A stretch of 60,753 nucleotides of DNA, filler included, from Bdellovibrionales bacterium RIFOXYD12_FULL_39_22 (lineage in GTDB: Bacteria; Bdellovibrionota; Bacteriovoracia; Bacteriovoracales; Bacteriovoracaceae), in the NCBI GenBank assembly GCA_001770205.1. It is 7 parts of 7 records of this genome, joined end to end, with 100 filler letters (N's around TTAATTAATTAA, not from the genome) between each part and the next. Parts side by side here need not be neighbours in the genome. Positions count along the whole stretch, not along the records: positions 31,838 to 42,623 come from MEQL01000039.1; positions 42,724 to 60,753 come from MEQL01000053.1; 5 more parts are not named here. The stretch is one strand, 5' to 3'. The notes beneath the pieces are model-generated. The model did not search any database. It saw nothing but the letters and a program-made list of their open reading frames with translations, and had not been told where the DNA came from. Numbering within the stretch: position 1 is the stretch's first letter; each line of letters opens with the position of its first letter. Made by a program: the position numbers and the translations under genes. Shown piece by piece: positions 40,414 through 49,834 of this stretch.

Positions 40414-42120
40414 CTAAGCAATATGCTTATCTGATTCGGTCGCATGAATCATCTCGTGAATTACCTGAGCTGCTTTTCCAGGATTATTTTCTACCAACGA
40501 AATAACTTTTTCTCGCAGCATATTTCCTTCAATTTTTTCTGGATTTAATTTTTCTTCCAATTGCGGCAATGCATCCTCTAGTCCTGGAAGTTTTTGATTA
40601 ACCTGTACCTTCTCTAATTCTTCTAAAGTTTTTGGTAAAAAATCCTCTACGGACTCAACCGTATTATCCGTTACCCATTGAATAAACGGCCGGGCCACCA
40701 CTAAGAAAAAGAGAGTAATCGTTAATCCAATGGCCAAATACTTGACAACATTTTTAATCATCTCTCTGTTTTCTTTTTCTCGAATAATTGCTTCTACTGC
40801 TTCCAGATCTTCCTGAGCAAACTCCATATTCTTAATTACCACCAAATCACCTCGTTTATCACTCATTCCAATAGTAGACGCAACAATGGCCCGGAAATTT
40901 TCCAGATCCGCCTCCGACCATTTTTCATACACCATTTTCTGCCGGCCATTATCATCTAATACCGCCTGTCCTTTCTCATCTACTGCCGGAACCTTCTTGC
41001 CATCAATCATTACTGCTGCACTAATTTTTTTTAGTTCGGCCGTGGGCCTCGTTGATTTAGTAACTTTTGATGGAACATTGAAGTTACGTGTTGTAAGTTC
41101 TTTATCTACATTATTGGAAGTTTCAGGAATGCCTGGCTGCGGTTTTTCTCCTGGTAAGTTACTGCGCGCTCCGGGGATTCCCTGGGGTGAAGGACGACTT
41201 CCATTTAACTTTTGACTATTTTTGACCTCGGATAACACTGCCGCATTTTCATTATCAAAAGAAGTTTCCGTAGCAACTGATTGTGTAAAATCCATTTCTG
41301 CAGTTACTTTAGCAATAACTCGCCCCTCTCCAACTACCTTGCCCAAGATTTGTTCGATCTGCTGTTCATACTGTCTGTTCATTCTAGATTCTAACGCAAT
41401 ACGATTGGCCGTGATTTCCGTGACAGGATCTCCCACATTCTCTGACAATTTTTTTCCTCTACTATCCAAAATAACTACATTCTCCTGCCGCATACCCTCC
41501 ACGGCCGAAGAAACAAGCGAAGCTATTCCTCTAATTTCTTGCTCTGTTAACACTGATCCATCTTCTAACTCCAAGACCACCGATGCGGCAGGAGGACGCT
41601 GCTCAGAAACAAATGGACTCGATTCTGGAATAGATAGATGCACACGTGCACGCGCTACTCCTCTGATATATTTTATGGTTTTAATCAACTCGCCTTCAAG
41701 TGCGCGTTGCTTATTTACTCTTTGAACAAAACTGGTGGCCCCGAAAGATTGTTTGTCAAAAACTTCATACCCCACCGTACCGGTAAACGAGACCCCCATC
41801 GTAGCAAGTTGTAATCTCCACTCCTGCACCATATCTTCGGGAATAGCGATTGTTTTCCCATCACTAGAAGTCTGGTAGGGAATTTTCTTCTGCTCTAATA
41901 AAAGAGCAATTTGTTTGGAGTCTTCACGGTTAAGATTGGTGTATAACGTTTCAAACCGTGTCTTTGACGCCCACACCACTATTCCCATCATCCCTGCTAA
42001 AATAAATGCTGCTATCACCACCAACCCAACTCTTCGTGCAGCATCTAGTCCCTTGAAAAATTCCTTAAAACTCCTAAATATCTTCTCTAAAAAATCTTCC
42101 AAAGTACCCTCCTGGTACAA
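40414..42120 (-). CDS. fliF: Flagellar M-ring protein
   Basis: GYEVFD, RALEGEL, ARVHL, ASVVL; two TM segments. Confidence 0.97.
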   Translation of the reverse strand: MYQEGTLEDFLEKIFRSFKEFFKGLDAARRVGLVVIAAFILAGMMGIVVWASKTRFETLYTNLNREDSKQIALLLEQKKIPYQTSSDGKTIAIPEDMVQEWRLQLATMGVSFTGTVGYEVFDKQSFGATSFVQRVNKQRALEGELIKTIKYIRGVARARVHLSIPESSPFVSEQRPPAASVVLELEDGSVLTEQEIRGIASLVSSAVEGMRQENVVILDSRGKKLSENVGDPVTEITANRIALESRMNRQYEQQIEQILGKVVGEGRVIAKVTAEMDFTQSVATETSFDNENAAVLSEVKNSQKLNGSRPSPQGIPGARSNLPGEKPQPGIPETSNNVDKELTTRNFNVPSKVTKSTRPTAELKKISAAVMIDGKKVPAVDEKGQAVLDDNGRQKMVYEKWSEADLENFRAIVASTIGMSDKRGDLVVIKNMEFAQEDLEAVEAIIREKENREMIKNVVKYLAIGLTITLFFLVVARPFIQWVTDNTVESVEDFLPKTLEELEKVQVNQKLPGLEDALPQLEEKLNPEKIEGNMLREKVISLVENNPGKAAQVIHEMIHATESDKHIA

Positions 42121-42143
42121 TTATCTTGCGTCTCCTACCTCAA

Positions 42144-42527
42144 CTATATTTGCATTCGCATAATTTCTTTATATGCCTCAATCACTTTCAATCGAACCTG
42201 ATTCATCGTTTTAAAAGCAATATCTGCTTTCTCTACCGCCAGCATTGTCTCATGCAAATTCTTCGATTCTCCACTGGCCAATTTCTCCATGGCCACATTG
42301 GCCTCACTTTGCAATTTATTAACTTCACTCATAGAATCAACTAACATCTCGGTGAAAGATCTATTATTATCGGCCTTAAACAGATCCAAATTGGGAAGAT
42401 CGTTATTTTTGATCTCAAGTTCAGGGGGAATCGTTAACTTTCTTTCAAAGTCTGCTGTCCGTGCCCACTTCTGAGCATCTGCCGTTTTTAAAATATTTTC
42501 AAATGAACCGATTGTTTGTATTGACAT
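42144..42527 (-). CDS. fliE: Flagellar hook-basal body protein
   Basis: NLHETMLAVEKA..AYKEIMRMQI. Confidence 0.95.
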   Translation of the reverse strand: MSIQTIGSFENILKTADAQKWARTADFERKLTIPPELEIKNNDLPNLDLFKADNNRSFTEMLVDSMSEVNKLQSEANVAMEKLASGESKNLHETMLAVEKADIAFKTMNQVRLKVIEAYKEIMRMQI

Positions 42528-42557
42528 AATTTATCCCCACATCCTCTTGCTTAAAAC

Positions 42558-42623
42558 TTAATTTCTCCCAATCTCTAGCGCTTTCATGGCCATACCCTTG
42601 GCCGTATTCATGGCATTAACGTT
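42558..42623 (-). CDS. flgC: Basal-body rod protein, C-terminal fragment
   Basis: NVNAMNTAKGMAMKALEIGRN* directly upstream of fliE. Confidence 0.85.
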   Translation of the reverse strand, partial: NVNAMNTAKGMAMKALEIGRN

Positions 42624-42723
42624 NNNNNNNNNNNNNNNNNNNNNNNNNNNNNNNNNNNNNNNNNNNNTTAATTAATTAANNNNNNNNNNNNNNNNNNNNN
42701 NNNNNNNNNNNNNNNNNNNNNNN

Positions 42724-42804
42724 AAAAATTTTAAAGAGTAATGAAAAAGCGTAAAATCTTTTTTGATATTAAATGGTTAGTTGCTTTTTAAGCGGACAGT
42801 TACG
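42724..42804 (+). mobile_element. Possible IS4-like right end
   Basis: Contig-edge ORF tail followed by TTTTAAGCGGACAGTTACG; single copy. Confidence 0.3.
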
Positions 42805-42870
42805 AAAGAGATCTATTATATGCAGCGATTACCTTACGCGAAACAGTTCTGATGCTATTTTTCCCTGCCG

Positions 42871-43341
42871 TCATTTTTTAACTTCTCCGCCAATATAAAC
42901 TAGCTCATATACTAGTTCGCCATTCTTGTAGATTTTTTCTATGCCATTAAATCTTTTGTAATCACCAAAGTTCATGTCGCGATATTCAAATGATCCATCA
43001 GTGTAATAAAATCCTCCCAAAAATCTTTTTTCATCATACATTTTTGTGAGCGCTTTTTTTAGAATAGTGACGGCTTCATCGCCTGAAAATATTTTTGGGT
43101 TCAGAAGGTATCCATAGTAGGCCATGCTCCAGACCGGCTCTTGCTTGAACGTGACATGTTCCTGGCCGCAAAAATCGGAGAACCCAACAAAAGAATCACG
43201 ATAATGAAAATCTCCATCATCAAAAATAATATCAAATGCACCAAGGCGAGATGATGGTACTTTTTTTCCGCCTGCATGGGCCCCAACCCAACCGTTTGCT
43301 TTTGCGCTAACAATAAATTGTTCTAGTTCCATATTTGTCAT
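42871..43341 (-). CDS. DUF5680-like protein
   Basis: YRDSFVG..GQEHV..PVWSMAYYG..FNGIEKI. Confidence 0.75.
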   Translation of the reverse strand: MTNMELEQFIVSAKANGWVGAHAGGKKVPSSRLGAFDIIFDDGDFHYRDSFVGFSDFCGQEHVTFKQEPVWSMAYYGYLLNPKIFSGDEAVTILKKALTKMYDEKRFLGGFYYTDGSFEYRDMNFGDYKRFNGIEKIYKNGELVYELVYIGGEVKK

Positions 43342-43361
43342 AATATTTTCCCCAACCAGAC

Positions 43362-43784
43362 TCAGTCTTTAGGTAGTTCATAATAAAAACTGCGCTTTGC
43401 ACATTCTTCATAAGCATCTGTCAATAACTTGCCATCAACAACGACATTATCGAATGGATGTTCAGATATATGAATAACAGGAACCCAGTCCTGCTGTTTT
43501 GTTCCTCGTGCAAAAGCTGCGACGAGGGCCGCTCCAACTTTTTGCTTTACTGATCTTTTGAGCCTTGGGCTGTAAACTAGCATATGCAAATATGGCAAAG
43601 CGCCAGGTACATCGCACAATTGTCCTCCCATAGCCGCCGAGTCTTGTTCGTATTCAAAAAATCGAAGTCCCAATATTTCGGAAGAATGACCCGTAGAAGA
43701 GCAGAACGCCTCTGTCAATTCACTTGCCAGCGCAGATTTAATTTCCCGATTCACTTTCGGTAAAGATATTTCAATGCATGGCAT
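43362..43784 (-). CDS. Tautomerase-superfamily protein
   Basis: N-terminal Pro (MPCIEI) and two beta-alpha-beta repeats. Confidence 0.75.
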   Translation of the reverse strand: MPCIEISLPKVNREIKSALASELTEAFCSSTGHSSEILGLRFFEYEQDSAAMGGQLCDVPGALPYLHMLVYSPRLKRSVKQKVGAALVAAFARGTKQQDWVPVIHISEHPFDNVVVDGKLLTDAYEECAKRSFYYELPKD

Positions 43785-43807
43785 GACTTTCTCCCTTTTT
43801 AATAACT

Positions 43808-44752
43808 TTAAAGTTCACTGATTTTTTTCTCCCAGTAGGTTTGAAAATATTCATAAGAAGATCGATCTGGCCCTGAGGGAAGTGATTTATTTAAAACTTT
43901 GGACATGTGATAAAAAAAATGATCATTTGTTTGATATGCAATTTTATATTTGAACTGTAGATAAACATCGCTACTCAACGCTGCTTCTAAACTAATAAAC
44001 GAGTACCCTCTGGCCCTCAATCCTTTGATGAGAGATTTCATCATTTTCCCGTTTAGTTGATTAGCGTGAAGTAAAATGATCTGCGGAATTTGTTTTGAGA
44101 ATATTTTATCAGAGGCCTCTTCAGCATATGAAACACAATCGAATATATGCTCAAGGTAAATTTCAGTGAGTTTGTTTGCTTTTTTAAAATCAGTGGTTAA
44201 AAAATCTCGATAGTATTGAGCAAATGCCCAATCAGAGGTGTCAACAGATACATGAGCTAGCATTGTTTGTGTTTCAAAAAAATAGTTGTTGGCAGCGATT
44301 TCTTGTTTTTTAGTGTCCCCCTGATTTAACATCGGGAATCGGAAGGCAAAAGGCCAAGGCCCGTATTGAGTTTGAAATGGTTTTAAAAATGCTTGGGTCT
44401 TATTCAAACTGACAAGAAATTCATCTACTGACTGCGAAGAATATTTTTCATGATCCCAAGTGTGATTAGCTAGAATTAGACCATGACTGGCCCAGTAATG
44501 AAGAGACTGTATTTGAACATTCGATTGTGCCGCTAATTTTCCAATTACAAATCCCGTGGCCGGAATTAATTCGGCGTTGAGTGTATCCGTAATTTGACGT
44601 AGGAATGGTTGAATGTTTTGATTTTGGCTCTCCCATCCTGGTAGATCATCAACTGTAATGGCAATGACTTTTTCAGCATGCGCATAAGAGGTAAATGCCA
44701 ACGCAATTGCGCTGATGAGTAAAAACATTTTCATATTCAAATCACATTTCAT
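43808..44752 (-). CDS. Secreted polysaccharide deacetylase (CE4/NodB)
   Basis: AITVDDLP, NHTWDH, FRFPML, IILLH; signal peptide. Confidence 0.9.
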   Translation of the reverse strand: MKCDLNMKMFLLISAIALAFTSYAHAEKVIAITVDDLPGWESQNQNIQPFLRQITDTLNAELIPATGFVIGKLAAQSNVQIQSLHYWASHGLILANHTWDHEKYSSQSVDEFLVSLNKTQAFLKPFQTQYGPWPFAFRFPMLNQGDTKKQEIAANNYFFETQTMLAHVSVDTSDWAFAQYYRDFLTTDFKKANKLTEIYLEHIFDCVSYAEEASDKIFSKQIPQIILLHANQLNGKMMKSLIKGLRARGYSFISLEAALSSDVYLQFKYKIAYQTNDHFFYHMSKVLNKSLPSGPDRSSYEYFQTYWEKKISEL

Positions 44753-44753
44753 T

Positions 44754-45263
44754 TCAACTCCTTTCATTTTCAATTCTTTTATTCAGTAAAGGGGAGAAAT
44801 GCCCTTGATATAACTTTTGAAGATGCGGATCTTGCCAATCTTTACCAGTAATTTTTTTTCGACATTGCGTTGCCTTACATTGACAATCCCAGGACGAATT
44901 ATAACTCGCATCACCGTCCCACATGGCGTAATCTGCTGTTATCTCTTCGCCAGCCTGAATTACCCTGCGTGCCGTGATAGTATAGGCATCATTCATCCAC
45001 GCATTTGGGTCACAAGAATGATTTATCAAAAACGGAGTTTCGTCTTCTTCAGTTATCTCAACGCTAAATACATCCTCATCCCATTGCATAGTGAATCTGC
45101 CTTCTTCCAGGGCCTTCATTGCTCCTTCCTTATTGGTATAACTATTACCGCCCCAAACTACTATGACCTCGCCATCCTCGATGTCTGTAGAAGCAAACAT
45201 ACCCTTTCCCTGAATGATACTATTACGAAGTTCAATTTTTGGGTTAACCCATGATTTATGCAA
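44754..45263 (-). CDS. SET-domain protein with post-SET cysteines
   Basis: GKGMFA, INHSCDPN, GEEITADY, CQCKATQCR. Confidence 0.92.
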   Translation of the reverse strand: MHKSWVNPKIELRNSIIQGKGMFASTDIEDGEVIVVWGGNSYTNKEGAMKALEEGRFTMQWDEDVFSVEITEEDETPFLINHSCDPNAWMNDAYTITARRVIQAGEEITADYAMWDGDASYNSSWDCQCKATQCRKKITGKDWQDPHLQKLYQGHFSPLLNKRIENERS

Positions 45264-45732
45264 TTTGTGGCTCCTTCGCAGCCCTTCTCATTAGAAGGAA
45301 ACTCTTATCGGCGTAATTGAGTCGATAAGAGTTAATGCGTTCTTGAAGGAAAACAGGAGCCTCATCGTCTGAGATTGTTTTAAAATTGATTGTTCCGTAA
45401 AAACGCTTAAGATGACCGTATGGAATGCAAAAGGTGTTTTTGATGTTATTCTTGATTAGGTAATTTTCAAAAGCGTGAAGTAACAGCTCACCTAATTTTT
45501 TTCCTCTAAAATCAGGATGAACATTCATACTGCGCAACATTGATACGCCTTCCTCAACACAATATCTCACAGTGCCTATTACATTGTTGTTGGCAGAATC
45601 GAGTAAAATAAAAAAAGTATCATCGTTTCTAGCTTGATAATGACTTTTTCCAACTGCCACATAAAATGGATCAACCAAAGCCTTTGCTTCGGCTCCATTC
45701 ATAATTTCTACACGGGTAAGAACATTATTCAT
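45256..45732 (-). CDS. GNAT family acetyltransferase
   Basis: MNVHPDFRGKKLGELL and KRFYG. Confidence 0.88.
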   Translation of the reverse strand: MNNVLTRVEIMNGAEAKALVDPFYVAVGKSHYQARNDDTFFILLDSANNNVIGTVRYCVEEGVSMLRSMNVHPDFRGKKLGELLLHAFENYLIKNNIKNTFCIPYGHLKRFYGTINFKTISDDEAPVFLQERINSYRLNYADKSFLLMRRAAKEPQIA

Positions 45733-46648
45733 TTGCAATCCGCATGAGGATATTCTCAATTTCTTTTGAGAAATCATCTTCCGTCCAGACTACCATCTCA
45801 TTTAGATTAGATGATTTTGCAATTTCTTCGACAACTTTAAAGCCTAAACAATAACCACGACGAGTTGGTTTAGTTTGACCGCCCATAGAAAACCAATCGT
45901 CATATATTTGTTCTCCACCAGAGTTGAGTGCCACCAAATACTCCTTGGCCCATGTCTTAACAAAAGCATGGTCATTGCAGTGATTTGCCAGCTCATTATC
46001 CATTAATAATACTGCGGTAGATTGAGTGGGATTTAAAAGACCACTGACATAAGTTGCAAATCCCTCAAGCCAAAGCGGCGTTGCCATCGTTTTCCAAATA
46101 GATCCATCAGGAAGTTTGTCAAAGTGATAAGCATGAAAAAATTCATGAGAGAATAAAACGTCTAAATTATCGCTTCGATAGGAAATAAAATCGACCCCCA
46201 TCAATAATCCATTTCTCTTGAATTCAGGGAGGAGCATAACCCGTCCATTAAATGAAAAAATGGATGGCATAAAAACAACTGGTATATTGTCAGATAAATC
46301 AGGAAACAATTTTTTAAATGCAAATTCTTTTTCTGTAACCAATCGTTCGGCTGCATCAAAGAGTATATTCATTTTAGTTTCAATGTTTGGAAGTTCTTTG
46401 AAAAAAATTTCACGCCTCTTTGTTTTTCGAGCAGTCCAATCGCCATCCCCCTTACGATATACGCCTGTGTCGTAGAGAAATTGATTTTTGGATTCAAAGT
46501 TATCAAGCAAAATATTTTTTTGCTCATCATCAAGATCTCGCCAGCCACTCATGTCCTGATTAAATTGAGGGCCTAAGTTGATGACATTGGCAGCGTAGGA
46601 ATTGGTAAATGACAGCGCAATTGCGCTGATGAGTAAAAACTTTTTCAT
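45725..46648 (-). CDS. Secreted HEXXH zinc-protease-like protein (DUF2268-like)
   Basis: SHEFFHAYH..LWLEGFATY..RRGYCLG; signal peptide. Confidence 0.8.
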   Translation of the reverse strand: MKKFLLISAIALSFTNSYAANVINLGPQFNQDMSGWRDLDDEQKNILLDNFESKNQFLYDTGVYRKGDGDWTARKTKRREIFFKELPNIETKMNILFDAAERLVTEKEFAFKKLFPDLSDNIPVVFMPSIFSFNGRVMLLPEFKRNGLLMGVDFISYRSDNLDVLFSHEFFHAYHFDKLPDGSIWKTMATPLWLEGFATYVSGLLNPTQSTAVLLMDNELANHCNDHAFVKTWAKEYLVALNSGGEQIYDDWFSMGGQTKPTRRGYCLGFKVVEEIAKSSNLNEMVVWTEDDFSKEIENILMRIANE

Positions 46649-46915
46649 GATGTCTCCCGTGGCATTGATTTCTCAATAAAACTACACAAAGTCAACAAAT
46701 CCACCGTCTCCAAAGGGTGGACTCTCTCATTCGTGAGAGACCACTTTCTCACAAATGTGGAGCCAAATTGACGCCAAAATCACTCTCCCACGAGTGACTC
46801 ACAGCGAATTTCTACATTTCCCCAGCAAAAACTGTGAAATAAGTGCACGAAAATCCACAGAAAAGGCCCACATCTTGCTTTTTGATCACCTCTGTCATAA
46901 AGAAACCGCGTAGCT

Positions 46916-46930
46916 TGGCCTACTTTTCGC
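46916..46930 (+). promoter_or_regulatory. Putative sigma54 promoter
   Basis: TGGCCTACTTTTCGC (GG-N10-GC), 50 nt upstream of an operon encoding a sigma54 activator. Confidence 0.5.
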
Positions 46931-46979
46931 TCTAGGGGTATTTGTAACTGAAACAATGCTTTGAAAGCGGGGGAAGTAA

Positions 46980-48488
46980 ATGAAAACTTGGGGGAACATT
47001 TTTCTAGCAATCATAATTGGATTGTTGATCCAAGCTTCCCTGTACGCTCAAAATGAGGCCAGACCCTATATCAAAGGCCTTTACTCACTCCCTCTTTCGC
47101 TCGATCCCATTAAAATGAACGACACCGCCTCGCTGGTGGTTGGCAATTTGATTTATGATGGGCTTTTGAAATTCTCACCATCACTACAAATCGAAGGTGC
47201 ACTGGCCGAGTCGTGGTCCACCAGTCAAGATGGGCTTACGCTCACTTTCAAACTCAAACCAAAAATTATTTTTCACGATGGCACTCCCATCACCGCCGCC
47301 GATGCCAAGGCCTCTTTGCTTCGCGCACTCTCTGCTGAAAGCAAAGTACGAAAATTTTATGATTGCATCTCTGACATTTCTGCTCGTGATGATAAAACTC
47401 TGGTAATCACTCTCAGTCATCCGTTCCCACCATTTCTGTCAGTGCTTGCTGGGGCCACCGCCAAGATTTTACCTCAGAGCAAATTAAGTGGTCCTAAATT
47501 TTTTGATCATCCCATTGGATCAGGTGCCTTTCGCTTCGTTCAACAAGACAAAAGCGAGATTCATCTGCAAAGATTTGATTCCAACTACGAAGCCAAACCG
47601 CAGATTGAAAAAATGATTTTAAAGGCGACCACTGAAGAAAAAGCCATCAAACTAGCACAGACAGGCGCTATGGATGATCTTGCCAGTTGGCCCTTGACCG
47701 CCGACAACGCTATTTTTGCCTCTGGAAAGAAGATTTCCGCTCCTGTTGCCGCGACATGGATCATCGGACTTAACACCACCAAAGCGCCATTTGATAACTT
47801 GGAAGTGCGACAGCGCTTTAAACTGGCCGTGCCAACAGAAACATTTAGAACTACTTTTAATCCTGATGCACTGTCGGCCACAGGCTATGTCCCTTATGGA
47901 CTTCCTGGCTCCCAGGTCAAAACTCAGATTACTGTTAAAAATGCGCCACCTCCAAAAGCAAAAATTACAATCGCCATTCCAACAGAGCTTGCGCGTGCAA
48001 GTGAAATGAAACTCTTTTTTGAAAATGCCCTTCAAGCCAAAGGGTGGAATGTCGAATTTACGCTAACACCCTGGGATCAGCTCATGGATGGATATGCCAA
48101 GCATACTCTTCAAGGATTTTTAGTTTCGATGAACATGGATTATCCCGATGCAGATTTTTTACTTAAAAACTTTGAATCCACTAGTCCTGATAATTTCAGT
48201 GGACTAAAAAACAAAAAACTTGATGAGCTATTACAAAACTCACGCGCCAGCCGTGATCGCAAAAAGCGAGAGCAGTTATACGAAGAGGCCTTGCACTTGG
48301 TAGAAGAGTCTGCTGTCACTGTGAATCTCTTTTATCCCAGGGCCAACTATTGGGTGTCAAACTGCGTGAGTGGTTTTATTCCAAACATTTTATCCGATGT
48401 CTACATTGATTACACAAAAGTCAACTTTAACTCAGACTGCGCCATGAAGAGCGCAGTTACAGCTAAACGCATGGAGAAGCGAAAATGA
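46980..48488 (+). CDS. Family-5 (Opp/Dpp/NikA-like) solute-binding protein
   Basis: SLDP, IYDGLL, LAESW, FHDGTPITAAD, PIGSGAF, PFDNLEVR. Confidence 0.92.
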   Translation: MKTWGNIFLAIIIGLLIQASLYAQNEARPYIKGLYSLPLSLDPIKMNDTASLVVGNLIYDGLLKFSPSLQIEGALAESWSTSQDGLTLTFKLKPKIIFHDGTPITAADAKASLLRALSAESKVRKFYDCISDISARDDKTLVITLSHPFPPFLSVLAGATAKILPQSKLSGPKFFDHPIGSGAFRFVQQDKSEIHLQRFDSNYEAKPQIEKMILKATTEEKAIKLAQTGAMDDLASWPLTADNAIFASGKKISAPVAATWIIGLNTTKAPFDNLEVRQRFKLAVPTETFRTTFNPDALSATGYVPYGLPGSQVKTQITVKNAPPPKAKITIAIPTELARASEMKLFFENALQAKGWNVEFTLTPWDQLMDGYAKHTLQGFLVSMNMDYPDADFLLKNFESTSPDNFSGLKNKKLDELLQNSRASRDRKKREQLYEEALHLVEESAVTVNLFYPRANYWVSNCVSGFIPNILSDVYIDYTKVNFNSDCAMKSAVTAKRMEKRK

Positions 48489-49834
48489 AATACACATCAC
48501 TATTTAATCACGTTCACAATTCCCTGAATCCTTACCGCTGGGCCTTGGCGATGGTGGCCGCGCTCATGATTGCAATTTTATTTGCCGGGATCTCTTTGAG
48601 CAGTCGGCTGCGTGCAGATCAGCAGATGGCGCAGGCCATCTCACCTTATCTTTCGACTTTGATTGAGTCATCTGATCGGCCAGAGCTGCTTCGGATTGTA
48701 AGCTCAATTGCAAAAGCAAAAGAATCAAAGGTGATTATCACCCAGGATAATAAAATCCTGGCCACCAGTGAAAGCGTTACCGATCTTGACACTCCGTTTG
48801 CGCAGCCTTTGGTGAAGGCCCAGTTTTTTGATTTGAAATTTACAAACAGTGCTCTTCTAACAAAAGAAGAGATTGCCAGCACTGGTGCCACTCTCTACAT
48901 TATGACGCCTCTTGCGCCATCCCTCTTTGGAGCACTCGGAATCTATTTTGGAACTTTTTTTCTGACTTTTTTAGTTTCCTTGTTTTCTGCTCGTCAAATG
49001 AAAAAGGCCATCAAAAAGGCGCTCCGTCCTCTTAATCAACTGCATTCTGAAATTGAAGGACTCACCATCGAAGAGCTTGAACCGTCATCGGAGCCAATTT
49101 CTATTTATGAACTTGAAGAAATCCGAAACACCGTTCGAAAAACAAAAATTGATTTGGCCAACATCAAAGACCGACTGGCCGAGGAAAAAGCAAAAAAATT
49201 AAGTGCAGAATCCTATAAGCGCCTGATCCATGATCTCCACAATCCAGTGGCGGCACTCAAGCAGATGGCCAATATCTCAACCAGCACCACTCATGATGAG
49301 GAGACTCGCCAGGAGGCCTCCGAAAGCATTCCTCGTATCGCTGATCAGATTTTGGCGCAAGTGACTGCTGCTAAAAAAAATCTTGAAGAGGAACCCGCTT
49401 CCTTGCGCGAAACCAATTTGCTTACTTGCGTGCAAGAGGGCATCAAGCAAGTTTCGGCCCTCAGCAATAGCAAAAAAATTATTAGCTCCTGCCCAGATAG
49501 CGAGCTTTTAATTCCTCATGATCCAACACTACTCAAAAGGGCCATTGTTAATCTTTTAGAAAACGGCATTGAAGCTGCTAAATCTACTGTGCGTGTCTCT
49601 GTGCAAAAAGTAAATCAGAGTGCCTTTATCAAGATTTGTGATGATGGGCCTGGAATGGATGAACATCAAATTCCGATTTTCTTTCAAGGGCGCGGACAAT
49701 CTGGCAAGGCCAAACGGCAGGCCTTTGGACTTTCATCAACGAATCACATCGTGCGCACCCATGGAGGGAAATTGATTTACCGAAAAAGTGATCTCGGAGG
49801 CTCAAGCTTCGAGATTCGATTGGGGGGACCATGA
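48485..49834 (+). CDS. Sensor histidine kinase
   Basis: Two TM segments; H-box LIHDLHNP, NLLENG, DDGPG, GLSS. Confidence 0.92.
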   Translation: MKYTSLFNHVHNSLNPYRWALAMVAALMIAILFAGISLSSRLRADQQMAQAISPYLSTLIESSDRPELLRIVSSIAKAKESKVIITQDNKILATSESVTDLDTPFAQPLVKAQFFDLKFTNSALLTKEEIASTGATLYIMTPLAPSLFGALGIYFGTFFLTFLVSLFSARQMKKAIKKALRPLNQLHSEIEGLTIEELEPSSEPISIYELEEIRNTVRKTKIDLANIKDRLAEEKAKKLSAESYKRLIHDLHNPVAALKQMANISTSTTHDEETRQEASESIPRIADQILAQVTAAKKNLEEEPASLRETNLLTCVQEGIKQVSALSNSKKIISSCPDSELLIPHDPTLLKRAIVNLLENGIEAAKSTVRVSVQKVNQSAFIKICDDGPGMDEHQIPIFFQGRGQSGKAKRQAFGLSSTNHIVRTHGGKLIYRKSDLGGSSFEIRLGGP

